Of a stretch of DNA of 64,000 bases, positions 23,499 through 36,930 are shown one piece after another. A program made the position numbers and the translations under genes. The DNA lies in assembly GCF_035084215.1 (NCBI RefSeq), contig NC_090329.1, positions 32,860,001 to 32,924,000 on the forward strand, in the 5' to 3' direction. This DNA comes from Heptranchias perlo. Taxonomy: Eukaryota. A model generated the notes under the pieces. It was not told where the DNA came from. It searched no databases and saw only the letters and a program-made list of their open reading frames with translations. Position 1 is the first letter of the stretch. Every line of letters begins with the position of its first letter.

Positions 23499-25423
23499 CA
23501 TAAGAACATAAGAACATAAGAAATAGGAGCAGGAGTAGGCCAATCGGCCCCTCGAGCCTGCTCCGCCATTCAATAAGATCATGGCTGATCTGGTCCTAAC
23601 CTCAAATCTAAAATCATGTCCAATTTCCTGCCCGCTCCCCGTAACCCCTAATTCCCTTTACTTCTCGGAAACTGTCTATTTCTGTTTTAAATTTATTTAA
23701 TGATGTAGCTTCCACAGCTTCCTGGGGCAGCAAATTCCACAGACCTACCACCCTCTGAGTGAAGAAGTTTCTCCTCATCTCAGTTTTGAAAGAGCAGCCC
23801 CTTATTCTAAGATTATGCCCCCTCGTTCTAGTTTCACCCATCCTTGGGAACATCCTTACCGCATCCACCCGATCAAGCCCCTTCACAATCTTATCATAGA
23901 ATCATAGAATCATAGAAGTTACAACATGGAAACAGGCCCTTCGGCCCAACATGTCCGTGTCGCCCACTTTATACCACTAAGCTAGTCCCAATTTCCTGCA
24001 CTTGGCCCATATCCCTCTATACCCATCTTACCCATGTAACTGTCCAAATGCTTTTTAAAAGACAAAATTGTACCCGCCTCTACTAATGCATCTGGCAGCT
24101 CATTCCAGACACTCACCACCCTTTGAGTGAAAAAATTGCCCCTCTGGACCCTTTTGTATCTCTCCCCTCTCACCTTAAATCTATGCCCCCTCGTTATAGA
24201 CTCCCCTACCTTTGGGAAAAGATTTTGACTATCTACCTTATCTATGCCCCTCATTATTTTATAGACTTCTATAAGATCACCCCGAAACCTCCTACTCTCC
24301 AGGGAAAAAAGTCCCAGTCTGTCTAACCTCTCCCTATAAGTCAAACCATCAAGTCCCGGTAGCATCCTAGTAAATCTTTTCTGCACTCTTTCTAGTTTAA
24401 TAATATCCTTTCTATAATAGGGTGACCAGAACTGTACACAGTACTCCAAGTGTGGCCTCACCAATGCCCTGTACAACTTCAACAAGACATCCCAACTCCT
24501 GCATTCAATGTTCTGACCAATGAAACCAAGCATGCCGAATGCCTTCTTCACCACCCTATCCACCTGTGACTCCACTTTCAAGGAGCTATGAACCTGTACT
24601 CCTAGATCTTTTTGTTCTATAACTCTCCCCAACGCCCTACCATTAACGGAGTAGGTCCTGGCCCGATTCGATCTACCAAAATGCATCACCTCACATTTAT
24701 CTAAATTAAACTCCATCTGCCATTCATCGGCCCACTGGCCCAATTTATCAAGATCCCGTTACAATCCTAGATAACCTTCTTCACTGTCCACAATGCCACC
24801 AATCTTGGTGTCATCTGCAAACTTACTAACCATGCCTCCTAAATTCTCATCCAAATCATTAATATGTTTCAATAAGATCGCCTCTCATTCTTCTGAACTC
24901 CAATGAGTAGAATCCCAATCTACTCAACCTCTCCTCATATGTCCGCCCCCTCATCCCCGGGATTAACCGAGTGAACCTTCTTTGTACTGCCTCGAGAGCA
25001 AGTATGTCTTTTCTTAAGTATGGGCACCAAAACTGTATGCAGTATTCCAGGTGCGGTCTCACTAATACCTTATATAACTGCAGCAATACCTCCCTGTTTT
25101 TATATTCTATCCCCTTAGCAATAAAAGCCAACATTCCATTGGCCTTCTTGATCACCTGCTGCACCTGCATACTAACCTTTTGATTTTCTTGCACTAGGAC
25201 CCCCAGATCCCTTTGTACTGCAGTACTTTCCAGTTTCTCGCCATTGAGATAATAACTTGCTCTCTGATTTTTCCTGCCAAAGTGCATAACCTCACATTTC
25301 CCAATATTGTATTGCATCTGCCAAATCTCCGCCCACTCACCCAGCCTGTCTATATCCCCTTGTAGGTTTTTTATGTCCTCCTCACTCTCTACTTTCCCTC
25401 CCACCTTTGTATCATCTGCATAC
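23499..25423 (-). mobile_element. CR1 3' part with (TTCTTATG)n tail, interrupted by a second CR1
   Basis: ORFs 24859-25458 and 23614-23886 are consecutive pieces of one ORF2 (…DLIETY | KIVKGLDRVDA…). Confidence 0.93.
23893..24865 (-). mobile_element. 5'-truncated CR1 of the same subfamily as 7458-10953, nested in the outer CR1
   Basis: ORF 23982-24743 is nearly identical to the C-terminus of ORF 8811-10859, and the (TTCTATGA)n tail is present. Confidence 0.95.
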
Positions 25424-25552
25424 TTTCCTTTATTTTGAGCACCTTTCATAAAACACAACCAAGTCTGGATGATATTTACTATTTGAACCAGTGCATCTAC
25501 ATTTCAGTCACAGGCTAACCTGGAATTCCTTTTTCTTTATCTTTATTATCAG

Positions 25553-25722
25553 GAATATTGATGTCAGTAAACTGTCTTGTTCCGTTGAGTTGCTGTCATT
25601 TTTCAAGCGGCCAGAGCCTGAGAGCAAAAAGATTTCAAGAGCTGCTGAGGTCATGGAAATGTCTTTGTACCTGATCCAAAAGAAAGTGCACCAGAAATAC
25701 AGGAGATCAATGAATGCCACTG
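25553..25722 (+). CDS. TPO: TPO exon 4 (NIDVSKLSCSVELLSFFKRPEPESKKISRAAEVMEMSL...)
   Basis: 170 nt, pyrimidine tract plus AG, donor GTAAGG. Contains the LLSFxKxPEP...RAAE propeptide motif. Confidence 0.93.
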
Positions 25723-25977
25723 GTAAGGAGCTCATGTCCATCCTGTCACGTCCATCCCCAGCAATCATGAGGAATGTTTGCAGGGACGGGAACTTGAGTC
25801 TCAAACCTCAGACCCCTGTGTCTGAACATGGACTCAGGGCAAAGTGAATCATTATCCATTTTGTCACCCAGTGTCACTATCTACTACTCCCAGGTCAGGT
25901 AGAACATGGACATATGTAGAGTAAAGCTCCCTCTACTATTCCCCAATTATTCAACATCAGAAGAGTAACAGTGTGAA

Positions 25978-26690
25978 TGGCTTTGATTTTAACCCCCTCC
26001 CCCGACCGGCAGGAGAGGGTTGGGGGGATTAAGATTTCAGGATCGAATAACTCGACCCTAACCCGACCTCATTCCCGTCCTTTTAACTTTTTAAATTCAG
26101 GAATCAGGCCATGGACGAGGCTCCCACAAAAGGCAGGCGGGGCCTAATTAACATGCCTGATGACATCATCGGCACCTCAACTTAAATCTAATAGTACATT
26201 GGGATGGTCTGACTTGTGGGATTCCCCGCAGCTGATCCAAGGCGGGAACTGCCAGTTCCCCAAGGTAAGTGGTTCCTTTAGCATTCCTTGTGGACCAGGA
26301 GGAGCAGGAGTACTCCCCCTCATGCCCCTCAGATTTCGGCCTCCCCCAATCCCGCTCTCCAGCCTCCACCCCCAGCCCTCCCGATTGCCGACCTCCCCCG
26401 AGCCCTTTCGATCGCTGGCCTCACCCGAGCCCTCCCGATTGCCGATTGCGGAGCTCCCTTCCCAGTGCCAGAGACCACCCCCAATGGTCCCTGGCTGCGG
26501 CCTACTGACACTCGTGTCCTCTCCTGCATGCCGGCCAGGCTGTCCATTTGGCCGGCTGCCGGGCGGGAGGTAGTGCTACGATATGTTAATGAGGTGCAGC
26601 CATTAAGATCGGCAGGGCTTCCACATCCCCGGCCTTTCCTAGTTCTTTGGCCGATTTCGGCCTCTCCGCTGCCTCCCCATTAGTATCATT
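25978..26690. mobile_element. Degenerate GC-rich MITE-like repeat
   Basis: Shares cttgtggaccaggaggagcaggagt and a CCGAT array with 41630-43136. Confidence 0.5.
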
Positions 26691-26739
26691 TCTATTTTCC
26701 ACCTCAGCCATCCTTGAGTGAGATTGTCAGTTTTTAAAA

Positions 26740-27112
26740 ATTCATTCTCGGGATGTGGGCGTTGCTGCCAAGGCCGTCATTTATTGCCCATCCTTAGTTG
26801 CCCTGAAAAGATGGTGATACAATTGAGTGGCTTGCTAGGCCACTTCAGAGAACAGTTAAGAGTCAACCAATAGAGTCACATGTATTCCAGGCAGTGTATG
26901 GACGGCAGGTTTCCTCCCCTAAAGGACATTAGTGAACCAGTTGGGTTTTTACTACCGTTGACAGCTTCATGGTCACTTTTACTGGTATCAGCTTTGTATT
27001 TCCAGATTATTCAAACTGAATTCAAAATCCTCAAACTGCCCTGGTGAGATTCAAACTCACATTTTCTGGATTATTGGTCCAGCCTATGGATTACTAATCC
27101 AGTAACATAACC
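26740..27112 (-). mobile_element. tRNA-derived SINE (21248 family)
   Basis: Reverse-complement similarity to 21248-21670. Confidence 0.7.
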
Positions 27113-29360
27113 TTAGTTTAATGTTAACTAGCCTGGAGATGGGCTGACACTTGGCAAAGCACCACTGTCAGCAGAAGGAAGTAACTTTCGCCCCATCAGT
27201 CTGCACAGGATTCAAACCCTGCTCTCGGAGGTGAAAAGGATAATGTGCCGTACCTACTGTGCCATCTTATTTAATAAATCATTGCAAAACTTTTACAAAT
27301 TATATTAAATAAACTATTGGAGTATTTAAGGAATGCACTACCTATTTTAAATGTTCCTTCCATCCCCGCATGGATTCTCCCATGGAATAATTATTTACAC
27401 TGTGGTGTTATTTGAAAATACAATTCCCGACAGTATCTCTACGGTTAATTACTTGAGAGTGACCAAATGATTTATCACTTAAGTTAGGCTGTTGCTGAAT
27501 CTCATCAGATCTCCATTATCAGTAATAATAATTCTGATGGTGTAACCATAGTGTAGGTAGTTTACTGATGGGAAACATCAAGAGGTTTTATTACAAAGCA
27601 TTACACGAAGATCTGAATGCAGTATCACTAATCTTTTACTTTATATGAATCTGCAGTTTCCTTGACAGTGTCTAAGCCCAATTAGTAGATAGATTATTGC
27701 TATCAATAAATCTGTTTGCCCAAGATGGCAAGCATTAATGAATTAAACAATCTGCATTCTGAGAATTCTTAGGAGCCAAGCAGATTTGCTGCACAAACTC
27801 TTAAACGGTACTACCTGGTGCATAATTTGGCTGTAATGAGCACAGTGTGTAAGGCTTGAATAAAACTGCATCAGCTTTAATTAGTTCTTTGTCCTCATTC
27901 CAGCATGAAAGACTGACATATTTATTAGATCAAGGGCACAGCTGAGAGGTTGCTCAATGTGATGGTCAGTGTTTATCAGTGTTCAGTTGAGTATGTTGCT
28001 GCTGACACCAGAAATAAACTAATTCATCAAATGTGTTTAAACATGTATTCACATTGAGAGCTTGAAGGAATGGTACACAATAAAAGAGTAGAGCAATTAG
28101 TAATTGTTAATTGGCATTGACTGTTGATGATATAGTTTTTGTACTATTTGAAGTGAACGAGAGATGAGATCACTGTTTCATACATATATATTATAGCTTC
28201 TGGCTACAGTTAGAATTAATATGCTACTTCTGCAGTCAACAGCATTCCAGAAAGATTTATTTTATTGTGTTAAGTTTGTTGTGAGCACATTTGGACGTAA
28301 AAATTCATTTGCAAAAACAGGCGCATAGCGGGTGAAGGGAATGGTCCCTGTGCCTGAATGGGTAGGCCCGAGGTGCACCTAATATTGGGCCAAGGCCTCA
28401 TTATCATTGAACCAGCGAACTGCAGAACCAAATGAGCGCCCCCAGACAGCTTTCTGGAGAAGAGGCCACAAAGACCAGGTTGCTGTGTCGCCAGCAGTGG
28501 CCCTCAGGTACAACCCTAGAGGGGCAATCGGGAGAAAGGGGCAACCAGGAGAGGGGTGAGCAGGAGGGAGGGTAGCGGTGGCCAGGATCGGGGTGGGTGC
28601 CGGCAGCCATCAGGGGGGTGTCGAGGGGGCGAGCGGTGACTGGCAGCGGACCTGCTCGTTCTGGCTCCACATTCAAGTAAGTATTTTTTTCAAATTTACA
28701 TTTTTGGTGGCAGCCTCCAGCGATCTCTTTAAGGACTGCATGTAAACCTGATTTTCCTGAATGCAGCCGGCAACAGCGCTGGCTGCCTAATGGCAACCCA
28801 ATTGATGACAGAGGAGGCCTCAAACAGATATTAGGCCCCTTATTTGTATATGTAAAAGACCTAATGCCTGGGCTCTGGACGCCTATTTTTTTGCCTATAC
28901 CAATATCACAGGCAGCGTATTTCCGGCTCATAATGAGCATGCACTTCTCATATTTGTGGCTTAAGTGCCTTTATAGTGCCTGAAAAATAGACACAGCGCC
29001 ATCGAAATTCGAAGCCTGTGAATTTCCCGGCAGGCTAAATTCCTGGAGGGTCCTGTTCTCGAAAGTCTGCTCAAAGGTCAGCATGTTGGGTATTGGAAAC
29101 CTAAGGACAAGCATATGCAATGCTGTGATTGTTCTACTGATCATCTGGTTGTGAACCTCTCAGTTTATCTGTTAAAAGATGCTTCACCAGACAATATACT
29201 AATATGAGGCCTCTGGAAAATATGGCCCAATGGAAATTAAAAATATATATTCTATCAGTCTGGAGGAAATATGCCCTTAAAGTCTTATATGAAACCCTGC
29301 TGATTTCATATTCTCTTGTATCATTTACAACAGAATATTGTTCTTTTCACTTTGTTTTAG

Positions 29361-29493
29361 ATCTCCTCTCACCAGATGTGTTGAAGACCCTTGCAACTGC
29401 ATCAGGATGTTTACCTCATAAAATGCCTCCAACTTGCTCCAACAGCTGTTTGGCCCAAAAATACAGATCGATTAATGGAGCCTGCAACAACAG
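29361..29493 (+). CDS. TPO: TPO exon 5 ([45 protein letters not shown])
   Basis: 133 nt, SGC...KYRxIxGxCNNR motif of animal haem peroxidases. The donor GTTTCT is weak. Confidence 0.95.
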
Positions 29494-29914
29494 GTTTCTG
29501 GAAAGTTCTTCATTTACTCAAATAGTAGCTCAGAATTATAGATCAGATATAAAGCTAATTGGCTGTGGATGATGATCAATTTCTTAAAGGAACTTTTCCA
29601 AATAGCTCATGCACCAGATGTCTGATCCTTGTAATCGTCTTTTGTACTGAGCAGGATAATGTTAACCCAGTTATTTTTGCCTGTAGTGGCTAAACAATCC
29701 AAAGCTTGGTGAATATTGCTTCACAATGATAGAAAGTGCTGAAACTGAATGACCAAAAAGTAATATCAAAGGACCACCAAAAATTGGCTATGGTTTTCCA
29801 TCCTCACTCTTCTCTGGTCCTGTCGATAAAGGTGTATTAATGTTAGGGTTGAGAAAAGTCACCCGCAGGGAAAAAAACAGGCATCCAGAACAAAAGTCAG
29901 GTTCAATGTTTTTA

Positions 29915-30382
29915 GGGTGTCAGCCGTTGCTCAGTGGTAGCATTCTCGCCTTTGAGTCAGTCGGTAGTTGGTTCAAGTCCCACTCCAGAGACTTAAGCAC
30001 AAAATCTAGGCTGACACTCCAGTGCAGTGCAAGGAAGTGCTGCCCCGTCGGAGGTGCCGTATTTCGGATGAAATATTAAACCAAGGCCATGTCTGCTCTC
30101 TCAGGGTGGATATAAAAGATCCCCTGGCACTATTTTAAAGAAGAGTAGGGGAGTTCTCCCCGGTGTCCTGGCCAATATTTATCCCTCAACCAACATCACC
30201 AAAACAGATTATCTGGTCATTTATATAATTTCTGTGTGTGGGACCTTGCTGTGCACAAATTGGCTGCCCCATTTCCTACATTACAACATTGACTATGCTT
30301 CAAAAGTACTTAATTGGCTGTAAAGTGCTTTGGGATGTCCTGGGGTCATGAAGGGTGCTATATAAATGCGAATCTCTCTTCT
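29915..30382 (+). mobile_element. Full-length DeuSINE-type (SacSINE1-like) SINE
   Basis: A box TGCTCAGTGGTAGC, B box GGTTCAAGTCCC, central domain (...TAAAAGATCCC...GGGAGTTCTCCCCGGTGTCCTGGCCAATATT...) and an L2-like tail GCTATATAAATGC. The family name is from recall, not from a database search. Confidence 0.8.
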
Positions 30383-30590
30383 TAAATACATTACTTTTCC
30401 TTCTGATTGCTAAAAATCCACAGAGCTGCAATTTACGACATTGACTATGCTTCAAAAGTACTTCATTGGCTGTAAAGTGCTTTAGGATGTCCTGCGGTCA
30501 TGAAAGGTGCTGTATAAATTGAAGTCTTTCTTTTTAAATACATCAAATTGCCTTTTGATTGCTAAAAATCCACAGAGCCACAAAATCCAC
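30282..30590 (+). repeat. ~150 bp tandem duplication of the SINE tail plus its 3' flank
   Basis: acattgactatgcttcaaaagtactt...gattgctaaaaatccacagagc occurs twice in tandem. Confidence 0.85.
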
Positions 30591-30993
30591 AGAGTTGCAC
30601 AGAGCATGATATTTGAAAAAGTTACGAAGAGGTGCATGGACACAATTTTAGATCCTTTTCACTGCTTCAGTTCTACAACAAGGAAACTAATAATGGGTGG
30701 TAACTAACAACAATTCAGCAAGTTATTACTATTCTTCTGGGTGCGCATTGAAAAATCATATAGTTGGCTGAGCTGAGCTATTGGTAAACTGGATGGTGTT
30801 TACACTATGTTTTGGAAATGCATCCTCTCCATGTTCACTCACCCACTTACTATTGCTGAATTGGTAAAAATGTAACAAATGCCATCTGCCTATGGCAAAT
30901 TATCCAGTTATCCAATGAGTAAGACAATCATAAAAGACCGGGTTCAATCATTATCAGTACCTCGTTCACTGACCTCAGTCAGGACAGAAGAAT

Positions 30994-31195
30994 TGTAAGG
31001 AGTCTTACAACACCAGGTTATAGTCCAACAGCTTTATTTAAAATCACAAGCTTTCGGAGGCTTCCTCCTTCGTCAGGTGACGAAAGAGGAAGCCTCCGAA
31101 AGCTTGTGATTTTAGATAAAGCTGTTGGACTATAACCTGGTGTTGTAAGACTCCTTACACTTGTACACCCCAGTCCATCACCAGCATCTCCACAT
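30994..31195 (+). mobile_element. Penelope-like family A, fold-back insertion 4
   Basis: ~82 bp arms with a 2 nt loop inside the hammerhead core. TCAGGACAGAAGAA is duplicated at 30979-30992 and 31195-31208. Intact hammerhead motif on the - strand at 31044-31080. Confidence 0.92.
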
Positions 31196-33261
31196 CAGGA
31201 CAGAAGAAAGAGTGGTACAGCTTTGGGCTTGGGAGGAGAGAAAAAAAATCAGCCTGAGTTTCTGCTCCTGATTTTATTCAGTGGCCTTGCTGTAAGTGCA
31301 CATGCTCCCAGCAGTTCAATAGTCTGCTAACACACTCTGTCGAAGCTCGCACATGAATAATGGTCACTTGGGTGAGGTGCTAGAGGCTGATCAATGCCTG
31401 TGGAATTGTACTCCAGCAAGGAGTCAGCATCTTCAGGAGAGGAGGGGTGAAGATAAGGTCGCTGAGAAAAGTAGATCACAACAAAGTGATAAATGATAGA
31501 TAAATACGGATGTCAACCTACTCTGCTGCTTATCCACTGACCCCAGTAAATTCAACCAAATTTATGCTATCAGTTTTAGCCTACCTTCCTTTTTTCTCCC
31601 TCACTTTTCTGCAAACATTTTTTTTCAACCTAGCTTCATGTATCCACGGTGTACCATTCTGTCAGAAGAGTAGGAAGGTCAAACCCATAAATATTTCCAC
31701 AGATATCATTAATCTTACTTGTTGGTCATCTATCCAGGAGGCACCGTGGGTACTTCAAGAAGGATTCCAAACAGATTTGATTTATATTTTGTGCTACACG
31801 CCTGATGGACTAACAAGCTGTAAAGACTTGGCTAGCTCCCTCACCTCACACCAGAATGGAAACCCAAGAGAAGGGAGAGAGAGAGATTAAATAAGGTCAT
31901 CTCCATTAAGCCTATTGGGTGCGCCACTAATCTTCAATTCCATAGCAAATAACCAGGTTTTACAAAGGTAGGTTCTGCAACACTGTGGCAAGCATTTCTT
32001 GTAGCTCCTGTAATCTTCTATTTTCCCCTATATCCTAAAACAGGGTAACAGGTTGTCCATTGTGATTTTTATTGTTACATTCCAATTCTACACAGTTTTG
32101 CTGCTTAATGGCATTGTAAGTAAATGCAGTACCTGGTATGCTGCTGAGCAGAACACACAGAAAGAGCCTAGGTATGATCCCTATACTAAACTGAGTTAAC
32201 CCGGTGTGAGCTGAGGCAATGGTAAAGGCACTACAACTCGCCTCAGTATCCCTAGGCTAGGGAAGAGGGGAAAAAATCTGCCTGCATTCCACTTCCGATC
32301 ATTCCTCATGCCAGAAAATGTAAGGTGAGGAAGGGATTAAGTTCACCTGTGATATCCCCTCATAGTCAATGAGTTGGCTGACACTCACTATATGGGAGTA
32401 GGATTTGAATGTGAGAGATGTACAGGTGGGCTTCCATCACCCATAGTCTTACTGTCAGCCCGAGTCAGTGCCTTCAGATGAGGATGGGAGAAAATTGCAG
32501 AAAGAAAATATTTCACATGGCTTTAAAAACAGGATTGCCTTTATTATGTTTACAGGACTTTGTACGTAACAAGTGTGATCTGAAAAATGTTTTTTTCTGA
32601 TGATTCTCTGACTAAAGTGTAGACCCTTTTCCATCATTTTACAGACCACACAAGCCTCTCTGCACCACTGTAAAACTTCATGCTGATTATTTTCCTCTGT
32701 TCACTATATTTCCCTTTCCTTACTCTGTGTGTCCTCTTCAAGATCAGCTTCAACACATTTCTGAGGAGGGAGCTGGTTTCCCATCTGCTCTCTTCAACAA
32801 CAGACAGAAATGGGATCTGATGTGCAGAGTATAAAATCTACACAATCACTTCACTTAATGTCACACGAGAATTCAAACCAACGACACCTCACGCATTTAG
32901 ACCGAGGCCCACTCATTATAGTTTAACAAGGAAACCTATTTTAAAGCATATCACTATGGAAAAGAAACATGCCTAATAATGTATAAATGGGGCTCCAATT
33001 TGTCTCACTGTTTTTCATCATAAATTTCACTTCTAACATTTTCCTGATACCAATCCACGCTACCAACTTCTGTTTAATAGAAGACACCTCCCTTCTTTCA
33101 AATTACAACCCTAACCACAGTGTGTGTGATATATATCAATTGTAACCACTCAGTATAAATGGTTTATGGAAAGGTAAATCAAGTGGTATCACACAGTATA
33201 ATCTGTTCGCCCTGTGGACTCACAGTTTAGGTTACTCGGTGTTTGCCCATCTATGGCCAAT

Positions 33262-33530
33262 TCCGGCCTCTTGCACATCCATGATTTTTATCGCTGCACC
33301 ATTGGTGGCCATGCCTTCAGCTGTCTAAGTTCTGCAATTCCCTCCTGAAACCTCTCCGCCTCTCTACCTTGCTCCTCCTTTAAGATGCTCCTTCAAACAT
33401 ACCTCTTTAACCAAGCTTTTGGTCACCTCTCCTGATATCTCCTTATATAGTTTGATAACGCTCCTGTGAAGGTGCCTTGGGACGTTTTACTATGTTAAAG
33501 GCGGTTTATAAATGCCAGTTGTTGTTGTTG
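33262..33530 (+). mobile_element. L2-type LINE 3' end fragment
   Basis: Matches the reverse complement of 35481-35780 and ends ATAAATGC..(TTG)n. Confidence 0.7.
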
Positions 33531-34082
33531 TATTAAGTATCCCATTGATCCTCATTCTTTCGTCCCCATCTATTGTAAGGTTTTAAGTTTCTCCACACAA
33601 TAAAGATTTAAAGAAGCGCTGGAAATTTTTTAATGGTTTACCTACTGACGGTCCATTGAAAGAGTAAAATAAACAAAGAATACAAATAATGCAAAAAAAA
33701 ACCAAAGGAAAAAGAGATCAGCATCACACTATATACAGCAGAGTAGTAATATTCCAAAAATAACAAACTGTTTGTTATAATCAATGAGGCAAGATTAAGC
33801 CAATCAATACTTACATTGAAAAATCAAATTAAGGTCAAGAGGTTTTGTCGTGAAAATTTTGACAAGGACTAGGCCAAGGGGAACCATGAGAGATCTATTC
33901 AGGCCGAATATTAGCAAGGTGGTTGGAACAAGGGCAGCAAAGCCATAGAATTTATACTAGGAAAGGTCTTGAGTCTGATTATCAAGGCTCTCACAGAGCA
34001 ATGCAAAAAGAAAGAATAAATATATTTGGGCAAATAAGTGATTATCGTGGTGCCAGAAATTGGAGAACGCATCATAGCGTAA

Positions 34083-34355
34083 CTGCTGAGATGAGCCCCC
34101 CCTCCTCCCCCGTACATCTGCTGCTGAGATGAGCCCCCCCCTCCTCCCCCATACATCTGCTGCTGAGATGAGCCCCCCCTCCTCCCCCATACATCTGCTG
34201 CTGAGATGAGCCCCCCTCCTCCCCCATACATCTGCTGCTGAGATGAGCCCCCCCTCCTCCCCCATACATCTGCTGCTGAGATGAGCCCCCCCTCCTCCCC
34301 CATACATCTGCTGCTGAGATGAGCCCCCCCTCCTCCCCCGTACATCTGCTGCTGA
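34083..34355. repeat. Minisatellite, ~38 bp unit x 7.2 (CTGCTGAGATGAGCCCCCCCTCCTCCCCCRTACATCTG), inside a MITE-like element at ~34050-34862
   Basis: Units counted directly (37-39 bp). They differ only in C-run length and one A/G. Confidence 0.95.
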
Positions 34356-35480
34356 AGTCCCCAAAGCTTTCGGGGACTGTGGGAATTTCCACAGTTTGTG
34401 TGGCCACAGAGGGCTGGCAGCACATCTGGGGTGTCCTCCCCTCATCAAAGTTGCAGGAAAGTGCAGCATAAATACCCCCACCCCCACCAAAGTAACTTTT
34501 AGTTGTCTGCGTGGTTCCCTTGCAAAGATCTTCAGGTATACAGGCTGCAATATTGACCCAGACCCCCAGGAGAGCCCCACTTCTGCCCCTTGGTCAGCTG
34601 GCATACCTGGTCTCACCAGGTATACCTGCACTGACCATACACTGGTTCCCAAAGAAGGCCAAGGGCATAGGAACTCCAATGTTCAGGGTCCCTCCTCCCA
34701 GTTGCACACCCCTCACACCTGTGGTCTTGTAAGTCGTGGGCGGAGGCTTCGCTCTCACAAAGCCATTCTGAAAACATCAGCCTAGTTTTCCGACTGTTAC
34801 AGCTGACTCCCACCAAAGTTACGGTGAGAGTTTACTGGAACAGCTGTGGATTTTCTGGGCCCATATCTATAGGATGATAATGGTCAAATGGGATGGCAAT
34901 AAAAGGGGGAAGGGAAGGGCTAGACACAGCTGGACAGTCTTTGATGCTGACGTCCTTCTCACCAGTACAATAGGGAGAAATTGCTGCAGAAATTGCTCTA
35001 GAACTGCAGCATTGCTAAGCCCATTCTCAACGAAGGTTCCATTGAATCCTTTGAATGAAGTTCTAAACTAAAATCTTGCCAGCCTGTTTTGGGGGACGTT
35101 AAAGGTGACATGGTATTATTCAAAAAAGGACAGCAAGTTTTCCTAATGTCCTGGTCAACATTCTTTACTCAATCAATATCATCCGAATTGACTGGTCATT
35201 TATCTCATGGTTTTTTTGCGGGTGGTGCAGATTTGCTGCAGCATTTGCCAATATGAGAGTAATGACTGCATTCCAGTAAGTAAATCATTGCATGGAATGC
35301 TTTCAAAATTTCAATGTGAATTGAGCTATATAAATTCAAGTATTTCTTGGAAAGTCCAGACCTAGTGCAGTACTGGTACTCTTCATGTTTTTTAAGCATT
35401 CTCAGGATGTGGGAGTCACTGGCAAGGCTGGCATTTATTGCCCATCCGTAGCTACAAATGAGTACCTTGCTAGGTCACTT

Positions 35481-36930
35481 CAACAACAACAACAACTTGC
35501 ATTTATATAGCACCCTAAACATAGTAAAATGTCCCAAGGCACTTCACAGGAACGTTATCGAACAAAATTTGACACTGAGCCACATAAGAAGATATTAGCA
35601 CAGGTGACCAAAAGCTTTGTCAAAGAGGTAGATTTTAAGGAGTGTCTCAAAGGTGGAGAGAGAGGCAGTGAGGTAGAAAGGTTTAGGGAGGGAAATCCAG
35701 AGCTTAGAACCTAGGCAGCTGAAGGCAAGGCCGCCAGTGGTGGAGCAATTACTATCAGGGATGCACAAGAGGCCAGGGTTGGAGGAGTGCAGAGATCTCG
35801 GAGGGTTGTAGAGCTGGAGCAGGTTACAGAGATAGGAAGGGGCGAGGCCATGGAGGGATTTGAAAACAAGGATGAGAATTTTAAAATCGAGGCATTACCA
35901 GACTGGGAGCCAATGTAGGTCAGCGAGCGCAGGGGTGATGGGTGAACGAGACTTGGTGGAACGAGACTTGGTGGAACGAGTTTATGGTGGGTGGAAGATG
36001 GAAGGCCAGCCAGGAGAGCATTGGAATAGTCAAGTATGGAGGTAATAAAGGCATGAATGAGGATTTCAGCAGCTGATGAGCTGAGGAAGGGGCGCAGATG
36101 GGTGATGTTGCGGAGGTGGAAGTTGGCGGTCTTGGTGATGGAGCAGATATGTGGTCAGAAGCTCATCTCAGGTCAAATAGGACGCCAAGGTTGCGAACGG
36201 TCTGGTTCAACCTCAGACAGTGGCCAGGGAAAGGGATGGAGTTGGTTGCTAGGGAATAGAGTTTTAGTGGTGACCAAAGATAATGGCTTCAGTCTTCCCA
36301 ATATTTAGTTGGAGTAAATTTCTGCTCATCCAGTATTGGATGTCGAACAAGCAACGTGACAAACCAGAGACAGTGGAGGAGTCGAGGGAGGTGGTGGTGA
36401 GGTAGAGCTGGGTGTTGTCAGCATACGTGTGGAACCTGACATTGTGTTTTCGCATGATGTCGCCGAGGGACAATAATGGATGAGAACTAGGAGGGGTCCA
36501 AGGGTAGATCCTTGGAGTACTCCAGAGCTAATGGTGTGGGTATGGAAAGAGAAGCCATTGCAGATAATTCTCTGGCTATGAATGGATAGATAAGAATGGA
36601 ACCCGACGAGGGCAGTCCCACCCAGCTGGACGACAGAAGAGAGGCATTGGAGGAGGATGGTGTGGTCAACCCTGTCAAAGGCTGCAGACAGGTTGAGAAG
36701 GATGAGGAGGGATAGTTTACCATGGTCACAGTCACATAGGATGTCATTTGTGACTTTGAAAAGGGCCGTTTCAGTGCTGGAGCGGGGACAGAAACCTAAT
36801 TGGAGGGGCTCAAACATGGAGTTGTGGGAAAGATGGGCACAGATTTGAGAGGTGACAACATGTTCAAAGACTTTGGAGAGGAAAGGGAGCTGGGAGATGG
36901 GGTGGTAGTTTGCAATGACAGAGGAGTCAA
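35481..36930 (-). mobile_element. L2-clade LINE 3' portion, degenerate, inserted in a SINE
   Basis: Peptides STETALFKVTNDIL, LNLSAAFDRVDH, GVLQGSTLGP and YADNTQLY, plus a (TTG)n tail. SINE halves flank it at 35395-35482 and 36929-37185. Confidence 0.9.

Noticed and set aside
29915-29990. tRNA gene (A and B boxes; also 21248-21330)
   Set aside because: There is no complete cloverleaf, and the sequence continues directly into a SINE body.
34083-34355. CRISPR-like regular repeat
   Set aside because: There are no unique spacers, the context is eukaryotic, and no cas genes are present.
33911-34679. Gly/Gln-rich repeat ORFs (SSQQQMYGGGGG, ISAADVWGRRGG)
   Set aside because: These are translations of the 38-bp minisatellite. 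The unit is not a multiple of 3 and C-run indels shift the frame freely.
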